Of a stretch of DNA of 64,000 nucleotides, positions 28,203 to 37,512 are shown in pieces (position 1 is the stretch's first letter; each line of letters opens with the position of its first letter). The position numbers were made by a program, and so were the translations under genes. Origin of the DNA: Candidatus Spongiisociaceae bacterium (GTDB lineage Bacteria > Actinomycetota > Acidimicrobiia > Spongiisociales > Spongiisociaceae); the NCBI GenBank assembly GCA_965219685.1, contig CBDCOH010000002.1, positions 608,001 to 672,000 of the forward strand, written 5' to 3'. The notes under the pieces are model-generated. The model did no database searches, had not been told where the DNA came from, and was given only the letters and a program-made list of their open reading frames with translations.

Positions 28203-28841
28203 TTGGCTGGCTCACTCAACAAGTATCTGGCCGAGCTACTCGGAACGTTCGTGCTGATCGGGGTCGGCTCGATGGCGATCCTCAGCGCAGGGGGCAACAT
28301 AGTGGCCATCGCGTTCGGGTTCGGCCTCGCGCTGCTGGCCGCCATCTACATGTTCGGGTCGGCTTCAGGAGCTCACGTGAATCCGGCTGTGACATTCGCC
28401 ATGATGCTGCGAGGCCAAATCTCCGGGTCCGACCTGGTCGGGTACGTCATCGCGCAGTTGGCCGGTGCACTACTGGCCTCCGGCCTGGTGGCCGCAGTAG
28501 CCGGCGTCGGTGGTGTGGAGGACACCGTCGTGGGCGCGGGCGGAGGAATCGATATCCTGGAATTGTTCATTCTCGAGGCGATCCTGACCGCCCTCCTGGT
28601 CATCGTGATCATCCGCACGACCTCCGGTGAGGGAAGAGCCGCCCCCCTTGCAATTGGTATGGCGCTCGTGCTAATCCACTTGGCGGCAGTGCCCTTGACC
28701 GGGGCTTCGGTAAACCCGGTGCGGAGTCTCGGACCCGCCATAATCGCCGCCGAATTCACCGACGTGTGGGTCTACATCCTGGCGCCGGCAGTGGGGGCGA
28801 TCGTCGGCGTGTACGTGGACAAGTTCGTGAACGAGTCGTAG
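28203..28841 (+). CDS. Aquaporin (MIP family)
   Basis: AELLGTF, SGAHVNPAVT, GASVNPVRSLGPA; TTG start after GGAGG. Confidence 0.95.
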   Translation: MAGSLNKYLAELLGTFVLIGVGSMAILSAGGNIVAIAFGFGLALLAAIYMFGSASGAHVNPAVTFAMMLRGQISGSDLVGYVIAQLAGALLASGLVAAVAGVGGVEDTVVGAGGGIDILELFILEAILTALLVIVIIRTTSGEGRAAPLAIGMALVLIHLAAVPLTGASVNPVRSLGPAIIAAEFTDVWVYILAPAVGAIVGVYVDKFVNES

Positions 28842-28864
28842 GGCCTTACTCCTCGGGCCTTTCG

Positions 28865-28906
28865 GATGCGGGGTCGGGCGCAGAGTCCCGGCCCCGCATC
28901 GCGTTT
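28865..28906 (+). terminator. GC-rich hairpin after aquaporin gene
   Basis: GATGCGGGGTCGGG / CCCGGCCCCGCATC stem followed by GCGTTT. Confidence 0.6.
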
Positions 28907-28938
28907 GAGTGGTGAGTGGTGACTGGTGAGTGGTGAAT
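28906..28938 (+). repeat. Heptamer array TGAGT, GGTGAGT, GGTGACT, GGTGAGT, GGTGAAT
   Basis: Read directly from the sequence. Confidence 0.85.
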
Positions 28939-29043
28939 GCCGGTAACTCATAGCGGTTATCTTTGGCGGGCTAGGACCGGGCCACGATGAACCAGGTGGT
29001 AGCCGTTCACCGGTGACTGGCACCTGGCAACTATGCTCCGGTC

Positions 29044-30078
29044 ATGACCGGCTTCTCCTGGCCCGAGACACTCGGAGTCCTCTCCAACGGTTCGAGCCTC
29101 ACCCGTGCCCAGGCCCGGAGAGCGATGCGTGAAGTGATGGGCGGGAGAGCCACGCGTGCCCAGATCGCCGGGCTCATCGTTGCGCTCCGCATGAAAGGTG
29201 AGACGGCCGACGAGATGGTCGGATTGGTCGATGGCATGCTGGAGGCTGCAACCAGGGCCGATCTCGGTGACGCCGACCCGGTGGACATCGTCGGCACAGG
29301 GGGGGATCGGTCCGGAACATTCAACATCTCGACCACCGCCTCGTTCATCGCTGCAGGCGCCGGTGTGCCCATCGCCAAACATGGCAACCGTTCGATGTCC
29401 TCGAAGTGTGGATCCGCCGACGTGCTCGAGGAACTGGGTGTGGTGATCGACCTACCCGTGGAGTTGAACCGCCAACTCTTCCACGACACCGGATACGCCT
29501 TCTTCCTGGCCCCTGTGTACCACCCGGCCATGCGCCACGCAGGTCCTGTGCGCCAGGAACTGGGCATACCCACCGTCTTCAACTTCCTCGGGCCACTCAG
29601 CAATCCTGCCCGGGTCAAGCGATACGCATTGGGGGTGTCGGACGGTCGGATGGCGGAGCGGATGATCGGTGTCCTCGGCGCCTTGGGAACTCGCCGCGCG
29701 CTCGTGTTCTACGGCAGCGACGGACTGGACGAACTGACCCTGAGCGGATCCTCGGTGGTCTGGCGCCTGTCGGGAGGCCAGATCTCACGGACGGAGTTCC
29801 TTCCGGAGGACGTGGGTTTGGCCCGCCGACCGGTCTCCGACGTGCTGGGCGGGACTGCGGAGGTCAACGCAGGCATCACCCGCCGCGTGCTCGGGGGTGC
29901 TCCGGGTCCGTACCGTGACATCGCCGTCCTGAACGCCGCCGCTGCGGTGGTGGTGTCCGGTCGGGCGGACACCATGCGAGAGGGCGTCACCATGGCCGCC
30001 GAGGCCATCGACAGCGGGGAGGCGGAGTCAGTGCTGGATACGGTGGTGAACCGCAGCCGCGAACTGGCCTCGGGCTGA
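29044..30078 (+). CDS. trpD: Anthranilate phosphoribosyltransferase
   Basis: DIVGTGGD..TFNIST, AKHGNR, GSADVLE.LG, PTVFNFLGPLSNP, DGLDEL. Confidence 0.97.
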   Translation: MTGFSWPETLGVLSNGSSLTRAQARRAMREVMGGRATRAQIAGLIVALRMKGETADEMVGLVDGMLEAATRADLGDADPVDIVGTGGDRSGTFNISTTASFIAAGAGVPIAKHGNRSMSSKCGSADVLEELGVVIDLPVELNRQLFHDTGYAFFLAPVYHPAMRHAGPVRQELGIPTVFNFLGPLSNPARVKRYALGVSDGRMAERMIGVLGALGTRRALVFYGSDGLDELTLSGSSVVWRLSGGQISRTEFLPEDVGLARRPVSDVLGGTAEVNAGITRRVLGGAPGPYRDIAVLNAAAAVVVSGRADTMREGVTMAAEAIDSGEAESVLDTVVNRSRELASG

Positions 30079-30129
30079 GCCCGGCCTCGACCGTTGATTC
30101 TGCCCCGGTAGGACGGTTTGGCGCTTATC

Positions 30130-30870
30130 ATGGGGCGGGTGAAGTTCCGACGTCTGGTCTTGCGAGTTGTAGTCATCGGTGCCTTCGTGCTGGCGGCGTG
30201 CGGCGGCGAAGCCCAAGGACCGTCCGAAACGGCGGAGCCGGCCGCAACTCCGGTTACCACCGCGGTGGCGACGACCGCTGCCGCCTCAGGACCGACCTCG
30301 ACTTCCGCAGAACCCGCCGCCACGACCGAAGCCCCGGCGACAACCGTGGCGGACGTTCAGGCTCCGGAGTCGACCACAACCGCCGACCCGGTGGAGGAGG
30401 AGGTCGTCTCCACTACGGTGGCGGAAACGACCGTGGTTACGGAACCCGCAGCCGTTCCCGAGGGTCCACCTGTCCCGGCCGTTACCTTGGAACTGGACGA
30501 CGGAACCACCTTCGTATCCACCGAAGCAACGGGACCTGTGCTCTACCTGTTCTGGGCGGAGTGGTGACCGGCATGTCGACGGGAGTTGCCCGTCGTCGAC
30601 TACCTGGCGGGCGAGTACGCGGGCCGGGTGGATGTGATCGCGGTCGCCTGGGCTTCCACGTACGAGAAAACGGCATCTGCAGCCCGGGGATTCCTCACAT
30701 CCGGGGCTACTCGCTGGCTTCTCGATGAGGACGATTCCGTGTTCGCCGCCTTTGAGGTCAATTACCAGCCCGTAGGCGTGTTCGTCGTGGACGGAGTAGA
30801 GGTGAACCGTTGGTTGGGATCCATCCCCGAGGACGAACTCCGGCAGGCCTTCGAGACCGCCATAGCTTGA
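30130..30870 (+). CDS. Putative selenoprotein: lipoprotein TlpA/redoxin with UxxC active site (in-frame TGA 30565-30567)
   Basis: Lipobox LAAC, Thr/Ala/Pro/Glu-rich linker, then FWAEW-TGA-PACRRELP continuing in frame to 30870 with a Trx-fold remainder (VNYQP); SECIS-like hairpin just downstream. Confidence 0.8.
30577..30595 (+). promoter_or_regulatory. Candidate bacterial SECIS element
   Basis: CGACGGG-AGTTG-CCCGTCG hairpin; 16 nt between the UGA and the apical loop, with G at loop position 2. Confidence 0.65.
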
Positions 30871-30919
30871 TTCGGTGTAGGTGTTAGAAGTGGTGGACCC
30901 CCATCAGGTTCACCATCCG

Positions 30920-31552
30920 TTAGCCCCGGTCGTCGGGTCCCTTCCGGAACTCACCCACCTGGCGGGCACCCACGGATTCTCCTGCAAGAATCTGCTCTAT
31001 CGCCCCGCTCAGCGTCAGTGCGTCACTCTCACCGAGTAGCTTTCCCACGATCCTGCCGCCGGCTATGAATATGGTCTCCGGCACGCCCACGATGCCGAAC
31101 TCGATGGCGGCCAAGGAGCCCGGATCCACGACGTAGTCGAAGGCCATGCCCCTCCCGAGTTCATCCAGGAAGGCGGCGGCCCGGTCGGGCCGGTCTTGGA
31201 ACGTAATCCCGACGAAGCGTACTGAACGGTCACGGTAGGCGTTTGCGGTGGAGACCAGGTCGGCATGCTCGTTCCGGCACTGGAGGCACCAGGAAGCGAA
31301 GAAGTTGAGCACTACCACCCTGTAATCGCCGGCAAGCGCGCGCAGTCCCACCATGCCTTCGTCCTCCAGGTAGGGAAGGGAGAGATCCGGAACCGGTGCG
31401 TCGATGACAGTTGGGACACCCTGCTCGGGCGAGCTTCCGAACCGGGAGGCGAACACCGCCACCGTCAGGCCGACCACAGCGAGCCCCGCCACCAGGAGAA
31501 GGCGGCCGGTACGGCTCATTCCGGCGTCCGGGCGTCGCTCATCGATCCGCAT
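30920..31552 (-). CDS. ccmG: CcmG/TlpA-like thiol:disulfide oxidoreductase
   Basis: N-terminal TM helix, LNFFASWCLQC, GVPET; last gene of ccm operon; start ATG 31552 or 31519. Confidence 0.8.
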   Translation of the reverse strand: MRIDERRPDAGMSRTGRLLLVAGLAVVGLTVAVFASRFGSSPEQGVPTVIDAPVPDLSLPYLEDEGMVGLRALAGDYRVVVLNFFASWCLQCRNEHADLVSTANAYRDRSVRFVGITFQDRPDRAAAFLDELGRGMAFDYVVDPGSLAAIEFGIVGVPETIFIAGGRIVGKLLGESDALTLSGAIEQILAGESVGARQVGEFRKGPDDRG

Positions 31553-32327
31553 CCACCAGATCCCGAGCTTCGACCAAGGCATCCTCGATGAGCCGCCTCG
31601 CGTTACCCGGGAGGTCCTCCTCCGCCAACAGGGGCTCCAGGAGGGCGAGGGCCTCGTTTCCATCTCCTTGGTAGAGGCGGAGCAGCCCGAGGAACAGGTA
31701 CGTCTCCAGGTATTCCGGATCGATCTCGAGTGCTTCTACCAGGTAGGCCTGGGCGATGTCCTCTGCGCCCGACAGGTAGCTCATCCATCCCACTCTGGCC
31801 AATCCGCGGGCCCGGCGCGCGCTGTCCAGGGTTCCCTCAAGAGCTCCCAGGTAGTGGGGCAGGGCCGAGGAGAAGTCTCCCTGGTCGAAGTACCGGTCGG
31901 CCAGGCTGAGACGCATGGCGGCTATCTGAGGGACGTCCGGGTTGGCGGCGATGACCGCTTCCATCTGGTCGTTGGTGACTTCGGACAGGTCGACGGCTCC
32001 TTGCGCATCCCCGGTGATGAAGCCTCCCTCCCGCGGGCGGATGGCGTAGTAGGCCGTCACCGAGACCCCTGCGAAGACCGCCACCAACAGCAGGGTCCCC
32101 ACCACCCGCCTCGCCCGGAACATCCCGGCGGGCCGGGATGTTCCTTGTTCGACGGCCTCGGATGGCTCCCGCTCCAGGAGTTCGATCTCGCTTCGGTAGC
32201 GACGGATGAGGAGTCCGGCGGTCTCGGAGTCGAGTTCGCCCTCGTCTACCTGGCGCCTCACCGCTTCGATATCCCGTTCCGCCAGGGCCCGCCGCCGGTC
32301 TGCGGGTGACAGGTCCCGATCAGTCAC
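31539..32327 (-). CDS. CcmI/CycH-like membrane-anchored TPR protein
   Basis: N-terminal D.GELD..RY segment, TM helix, TPR-like helices; inside ccm operon. Confidence 0.65.
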   Translation of the reverse strand: MTDRDLSPADRRRALAERDIEAVRRQVDEGELDSETAGLLIRRYRSEIELLEREPSEAVEQGTSRPAGMFRARRVVGTLLLVAVFAGVSVTAYYAIRPREGGFITGDAQGAVDLSEVTNDQMEAVIAANPDVPQIAAMRLSLADRYFDQGDFSSALPHYLGALEGTLDSARRARGLARVGWMSYLSGAEDIAQAYLVEALEIDPEYLETYLFLGLLRLYQGDGNEALALLEPLLAEEDLPGNARRLIEDALVEARDLVDADR

Positions 32328-32718
32328 CGGGGGGCTCCCTGGGGCGGATCAGTCGGCGGCCGGCAACGACCACCGCGCACAGGCCTGCCGCAAGGGGTAG
32401 GAGCCACAGCACGACGGTACCTCCCGAGAAGCGGGGGTCCAGCCGGATCCCCGCGAAACGCTCCTCCAGGTAGTCGAGGATCTGCTCGTCGGTCCAACCT
32501 TCCGCCACCCGGTCCTCCACGAAGGCCAGGATGTCCTGCGCGTAGGGGGTGGGGGAGTCCACGATCGATTCGCCTTGGCACACCGGACACCGGATGCGCT
32601 CACCGAGGGCCGCGACCCGGTCACGTTCCGTCGCCTCACCGACCACCAGACCCCATAACACGACACCGGCCAGGACAGCAGTGAGCACCGCAGCCGGAGC
32701 CGACCTATGCCCGGGCAT
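32320..32718 (-). CDS. ccmH: Cytochrome c biogenesis protein CcmH
   Basis: IRCPVCQGESI.DS, G.TDEQI..Y, LWLLP. Confidence 0.9.
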   Translation of the reverse strand: MPGHRSAPAAVLTAVLAGVVLWGLVVGEATERDRVAALGERIRCPVCQGESIVDSPTPYAQDILAFVEDRVAEGWTDEQILDYLEERFAGIRLDPRFSGGTVVLWLLPLAAGLCAVVVAGRRLIRPREPPGD

Positions 32719-34735
32719 TGCCGGCCACCTCCGATGTCGCAGGACGGCGGCGCCCTGCGGTCAGCGAGAAACCCGCGCCACAGGCGGTGACCAGTCCTCC
32801 GAGCCACACCATCCACTGGAGTGGATAGGCCCGGACATCGGCGCTGAGTCCATCGGTGTCCAGGCGGGTCAGGGTTACGTAGAGATCTTCACCCGGAGTC
32901 GAGCGGACCGCCGGTGTGACGACCGGGCCGGATGGACTCCCGTAATCGTTGAGCCTCGGCTCGAGGGATCCCACCGACTGCCCATCTACCCGGACCTCGA
33001 GCCGGGCTCCCACCACCGTGCGACTGGGCTCCACACGCGAGAACGGACCGTCGTAGACGAGTTCGTAACCGGCGAACCGGGTCATCTCGCCGGGGCTCAG
33101 CTCCACGGAACCGGATACGGCCAGATTGGCGGATGCGCTGATACCGACGGCTAGGAGGGCCACCCCTACATGTGAGATCTGACCGCCCCAGTAGCCGGGA
33201 TCACGTCGGACCAGGCGAGCAGCCGCCCTTCGCAAACTCTCGCCGGTGGCGGACCGGCGGTTCCGCGCCATCGTGAGCAGGTGCCGGACGATGACGGCCA
33301 CCACGAAGGTCGCCAGCAACGCGACGACGATCAGGTGCCGGTTGCGGCCGACGACGACAATCACGACCGCCGCGACCGCCAGGCTCACCCTCAGCGGCGT
33401 GCGGAGCCGTTCCCAGAGTACCCGGGGACGCGCCACCCGGAACGGTGTCACCGGACCTATCCCCATAGCCAGCAGCAGGCAGTACGACAGCGGAACCGCC
33501 CAGCGATCGAAGAACGGTCTCCCCACGCCGACGGTGGCACCTTGGAATGCTTCCACGACCAGCGGAAAGAGCGTTCCGGAGAGCACGACGAAGGCGAAAA
33601 CGGCCAGCAAAAGGTTGTTGAGCAGAAAAGCGCCCTCCCGGCTGGCCAGCGAGTCGAGCCGGGGAGCGCTACTGACCAGGTGGACTCGGGCCGTGAACAG
33701 CGTGAGTGAACACACCAGGACGATCGCCAGGAATCCGAGCAGGACCGGGCCGATGGACGATTGGGTGAAGCTGTGAACCGAAGCGACCACGCCGGAGCGG
33801 GTGAGGAACGTCCCGAGCACGGTCGCCGCGAAGGTCCCGATGACCAGGATGTAGTTCCAGGACTGCAGCACGCCCCGCCTGGCCTGGACGACCGCCGAGT
33901 GGATGAAGGCGGTGGCGAGGAGCCATGGGATGAACGAGGCGTTCTCGACCGGGTCCCAAGCCCAGTACCCGCCCCATCCCAGGACCTCATAGCTCCACCA
34001 AGCGCCGAGGACGATCCCGGTGGTGAGGAAACCCCATGCCGTCAGGGTCCAGCGGCGGGCGATGCTCAGCCAGGTACTCCCGCTGCGCAGCGCGGCCAGC
34101 GAAGCGATTCCGATGGCGAACGGCACCGAGAAGCCGACGTAACCGACGTAGAGCATCGGTGGATGGACCGCCATGAGAATGTGGTTCTGGAGGAGGGGAT
34201 TGGCGCCCCTCCCGTCGACCGGCGCGTCCACAACGGACCACGGCGCCCACGAGGAGAGGCTGCAGCCGGCCTCGGCGGCCGCGGTACAGACCGCGAAGGG
34301 GTTGGCCACCGTGGCCATCAGACCGAACCAGAACATCGCCAGCATCCCCAGCACCGACAGTGTTCCGCCCGCGAGTGGATGGTGGCGGCGGTGCATCACC
34401 CGGGAAGCCGAAGCGGTGAATCCGGCCAGGACCAGGCCCCAGAGGACTATGGAGCCTTCGAGGGCCGCCCATCCGGACGCCACCGTGAAAACGAGAGGGG
34501 TCGCGCTCCGGTGGTTGTTGGCTACATAGGCGATCGAGAAGTCATCGGTCAGCAGGCCTATCTCCAAGACCGCCATGGCAGCGACCGCTGCGCCCAGGAG
34601 CCATAGAACCGGGCCTCGGGTCCGCTCTGCCGTGACCGAGGCTCTCGACGTTAGGGCGGGAAGCCCTCTCCAGGCAAGCGTCGTGGCCGCTCCGAGGGCG
34701 ATCAGGATCGCTCCGAGTCCGAGCCAGGCGATCAT
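32705..34735 (-). CDS. ccmF: Heme lyase CcmF
   Basis: EGSIVLW, NPLLQ, HPPMLYVGY, WGGYWAWDPVENAS, TRSGVVASVHSF. Confidence 0.97.
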   Translation of the reverse strand: MIAWLGLGAILIALGAATTLAWRGLPALTSRASVTAERTRGPVLWLLGAAVAAMAVLEIGLLTDDFSIAYVANNHRSATPLVFTVASGWAALEGSIVLWGLVLAGFTASASRVMHRRHHPLAGGTLSVLGMLAMFWFGLMATVANPFAVCTAAAEAGCSLSSWAPWSVVDAPVDGRGANPLLQNHILMAVHPPMLYVGYVGFSVPFAIGIASLAALRSGSTWLSIARRWTLTAWGFLTTGIVLGAWWSYEVLGWGGYWAWDPVENASFIPWLLATAFIHSAVVQARRGVLQSWNYILVIGTFAATVLGTFLTRSGVVASVHSFTQSSIGPVLLGFLAIVLVCSLTLFTARVHLVSSAPRLDSLASREGAFLLNNLLLAVFAFVVLSGTLFPLVVEAFQGATVGVGRPFFDRWAVPLSYCLLLAMGIGPVTPFRVARPRVLWERLRTPLRVSLAVAAVVIVVVGRNRHLIVVALLATFVVAVIVRHLLTMARNRRSATGESLRRAAARLVRRDPGYWGGQISHVGVALLAVGISASANLAVSGSVELSPGEMTRFAGYELVYDGPFSRVEPSRTVVGARLEVRVDGQSVGSLEPRLNDYGSPSGPVVTPAVRSTPGEDLYVTLTRLDTDGLSADVRAYPLQWMVWLGGLVTACGAGFSLTAGRRRPATSEVAGNARA

Positions 34736-35151
34736 TCGTAGCTCGCAGGAACCTCGTACGCTCCCTCACCGTCGGGAGACCGGTACTGTTCGTCGTGGTT
34801 GACTATGAGCACGTCGGAGCGGAACCGCTCACCATCCCAAGCCCCCTCGACCACCACGCCGACACCGGCCCGGAACAGTTGGGGAGGTGTATCCAAATGG
34901 TCGATACGGATCGACGTCGCACCGTCGCCCAGCTCGAAACGGACGCCTTCGTCGGTCTCCTCGATGCTGCCCTCCTCCACCAGTCCTCCCAACCGGAACC
35001 TCTCACCCTGCTCGAAGTCGGAGCGCTGGTCGACCGCTTCCGACGGGGTCAGGTAGTAAACGAGGTTGTCGGCCAGGTTCCCCCAGACAAGGTAACCGAT
35101 CACGATTGCCAACATCGCGAGTGCTGCAAGTACGACGCGTCGCCGGATCAT
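34732..35151 (-). CDS. ccmE: Heme chaperone CcmE
   Basis: VYYLTPSE, RLGGLV, P.LFR.G.GVVVEG, HDEQY (HxxxY heme-binding motif); ATG overlaps ccmD stop. Confidence 0.93.
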   Translation of the reverse strand: MIRRRVVLAALAMLAIVIGYLVWGNLADNLVYYLTPSEAVDQRSDFEQGERFRLGGLVEEGSIEETDEGVRFELGDGATSIRIDHLDTPPQLFRAGVGVVVEGAWDGERFRSDVLIVNHDEQYRSPDGEGAYEVPASYE

Positions 35152-35267
35152 CCCCGCCGCATGTGGGAGCGACGTAGCGTCCGGACGCGGAGCATCATCC
35201 ATATCACGTACGCCGCGACCCCTCCATAGGTGACCACGTAACCGAAGACAACCCAGCCGTTACCCAT
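35148..35267 (-). CDS. ccmD: Heme exporter protein CcmD (39 aa)
   Basis: MGNGWVVFGYVVTYGGVAAYVIWMMLRVRTLRRSHMRRG: TM helix plus basic tail; overlaps ccmC stop and ccmE start; absent from ORF track. Confidence 0.8.
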   Translation of the reverse strand: MGNGWVVFGYVVTYGGVAAYVIWMMLRVRTLRRSHMRRG

Positions 35268-36012
35268 CTTCGCGTCCCAGTCGGGGCGGTGTCACCGCGC
35301 CTCCCACGGGCGAATCGCGGAGTGACAGGTCGGCCACCTCAGCTTCGATGCAGGCCAAGCGGAACCGCGTGGTGAGTAGGAAGGCGAGCAGCAATGCGAA
35401 TCCCATGATCGACACCACCAAGGGTCGGCCGAACGACTCGTCCATGGTTGCGTTGGCCACATCCGGCCGGATGATGGTCGGTCCCTGGTGGAGGGTACGG
35501 AACCACAGGACCGAGTAGTGGACGACGGGTACCTGGACGAAAGCGATCACCCCGAGGATGGCGCACCTGGTGGCGCGGACCCGGGGGTCGGCGATGGCGC
35601 GCCGGAGGGCCAGGTAGCCGACGTAGAAGAAGAACAGGACCGCGGTGGACATCATCCGGGCATCGCCCCAGTCCCACCACAGTCCCCAGACGTGGCGGCC
35701 CCAGATCATCCCGGTGAGGAGGGTCAGACCTGTGAAAAGCACTCCGATCTCTATAGCCGAGGCCGACAGGAGATCGGCCGGAGGTGAGCGGCGGATCAGG
35801 TACCAGACCGCGGCGAGCAAACCGACGCCCAGGGCGATGTAGGCGGTGATCACCGAGGGAACGTGTACGTACAGAAGCTTGGCGGCTTCGCCCTGGGTCT
35901 CCTCGGCGGGCGAGTTCAGGGACATGTAGAGGCCGGACGCCAGCAGGACCGCCGCCGTTCCTCCAAGGGTGATGGACGCACGACCCGTCGTGAGAGCGGC
36001 CATCTGCCTCAA
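35260..36012 (-). CDS. ccmC: Heme exporter CcmC
   Basis: YVHVP, WGRHVWGLWWDWGDARM (WWD motif), WFRTLHQ. Confidence 0.94.
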   Translation of the reverse strand: MRQMAALTTGRASITLGGTAAVLLASGLYMSLNSPAEETQGEAAKLLYVHVPSVITAYIALGVGLLAAVWYLIRRSPPADLLSASAIEIGVLFTGLTLLTGMIWGRHVWGLWWDWGDARMMSTAVLFFFYVGYLALRRAIADPRVRATRCAILGVIAFVQVPVVHYSVLWFRTLHQGPTIIRPDVANATMDESFGRPLVVSIMGFALLLAFLLTTRFRLACIEAEVADLSLRDSPVGGAVTPPRLGREDG

Positions 36013-36084
36013 GCCACGCGACCGCGGTCGGGACCGGCTTCGAGCGGTCGCGGTGTCGACTCGATGCGTGGGGCCATGCCGGTA

Positions 36085-36765
36085 TCACCTGCTTGTGTCG
36101 TCCAAGGGACCTGCCAGCAGCACGCCCACGACCACCAAGGCCAGATCCATCGCTACGAGCAGGAGCAGCCAGGAGATACTACTTCGCCGGGCGATTACCG
36201 ACTCCGTTCCCTGCGTTGTCGCCAGCAGGACGGGAAGGGCGGGTGGGACCGCCAGGAGGGGGGCCAGCGAGGTTCGCGTCCTCAGGCCGGTTACGAGCGA
36301 TCGGATCAGGGTTCCCAGCAGTCCGAGAGCGACCGCGCCGGCGCCGGCCATCGGCAGAAGCCACCACCATCCGGCGATCGCGGCCGGTGCGTACAGGACG
36401 ATCATGACGGGGGTCAGGGTCACGGTGACCCCGAACAGCAAAACGGCGGAAGCCAGGCTCCCTCCGACGAACCCTGCCGCCGGGTCCAGGCCACTCAACG
36501 CCAGGAGATCCCGAACTGCCCGTGTCTCGATGGACGCAGGCCGGAGCGTGACCGTCATGCCGAACAGCAGGACCACCAGCCACAGCATTCCCGGACCGAT
36601 CCGGCGCAGCAGGGCGGTATCCGTTCCGATGGCGAGCGGAACAAGGAGAAGGGCTAGCGCGGCGAAGGGAGTAGCCGCCCATAAGGTCTCGCCACCCCGT
36701 AGCTCGACCCGAAGGTCCTTCCGGAACGCCCACACCACCTGTCGCCAGAACCCGGGATCTGTCAC
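36085..36765 (-). CDS. ccmB: Heme exporter CcmB
   Basis: KDLRVELR, hydrophobic throughout, LAPLLAVP..LPVLL; operon position. Confidence 0.85.
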   Translation of the reverse strand: MTDPGFWRQVVWAFRKDLRVELRGGETLWAATPFAALALLLVPLAIGTDTALLRRIGPGMLWLVVLLFGMTVTLRPASIETRAVRDLLALSGLDPAAGFVGGSLASAVLLFGVTVTLTPVMIVLYAPAAIAGWWWLLPMAGAGAVALGLLGTLIRSLVTGLRTRTSLAPLLAVPPALPVLLATTQGTESVIARRSSISWLLLLVAMDLALVVVGVLLAGPLDDTSR

Positions 36766-37415
36766 CGGTCGTCCTCGCTGACCGTGCCCGATTTGACAAC
36801 CAGCCGTCGCGTGACCAGATCTGCTATGCGTTCGGGATCGTGGGACACGAGTACCGCTGCCCCGCGTCCGGCTGCCACCCGGTTGACGACCTCGTCCACC
36901 AGCGCTGTCGTCGCGGTGTCGAGACCAGCGTGAGGTTCGTCCAGCAGCAGCAGGCGAGGGGTCCAGGTGAGCAGCCGCGCGAACTCCACCCGACGCTGCA
37001 TACCGAGCGAGGTATGGGCGGCTTTCAAGCCGGCGACGCCGTCGAGGCCCACCCTGCGCAGGGATTCATCGGTGCCCGGGCGCCCGCGCAGGCGCGCCAC
37101 CAGTTCGACATTCTCCCTCAGCGTCAACTCCGGCCAGATCGCCGGTGAGTGGCCGACGAGGGCGATGTTCCTTCGGATGGCTGCGAGATCATCGGCACTG
37201 GTGTCCCGCGTCGCTCCCAACACCGAGTACGTGCCGTGGGAGGGTCTGTGAAGTGTGGCGAGGAGGCGCAGAAGGGTGGTCTTGCCGGCGCCGTTGGGCC
37301 CGGTGACGCCGATGACCTCGCCCCGGTGGATAGCGAGGTCGACATGCTGCAGGATCGCTGAACCCGAGGTCGCGAACCCGGCGTCGACGAATCGGACCAG
37401 CGGGGAAGAGGCCAC
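36762..37415 (-). CDS. ccmA: Heme exporter ATP-binding protein CcmA
   Basis: GPNGAGKTTLLR, SLGMQRR, LLLDEP; first gene of ccm operon. Confidence 0.88.
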   Translation of the reverse strand: MASSPLVRFVDAGFATSGSAILQHVDLAIHRGEVIGVTGPNGAGKTTLLRLLATLHRPSHGTYSVLGATRDTSADDLAAIRRNIALVGHSPAIWPELTLRENVELVARLRGRPGTDESLRRVGLDGVAGLKAAHTSLGMQRRVEFARLLTWTPRLLLLDEPHAGLDTATTALVDEVVNRVAAGRGAAVLVSHDPERIADLVTRRLVVKSGTVSEDDR

Positions 37416-37512
37416 ACCCCTGAGTGTACAGCCATGCCGGTCGCCTCACGCCGCGGGCTGGCGGCGCCCCGGTCCGCCGAGGTTCCGGCGGGTCTGAGGT
37501 AGGGTCACTGTC

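Noticed and set aside
30565-30567. Nonsense mutation/pseudogene reading of the redoxin
   Set aside because: The stop falls exactly on the catalytic Cys position with a SECIS-like hairpin and intact flanks, so Sec is more parsimonious; not excluded without the sel genes.
1790-36040. Recurring CCGGTCCC(C)GACC motif near 1790, 27165 and 36025 as a REP-like family
   Set aside because: Short and GC-rich in a high-GC genome; could be chance without a genome-wide count.
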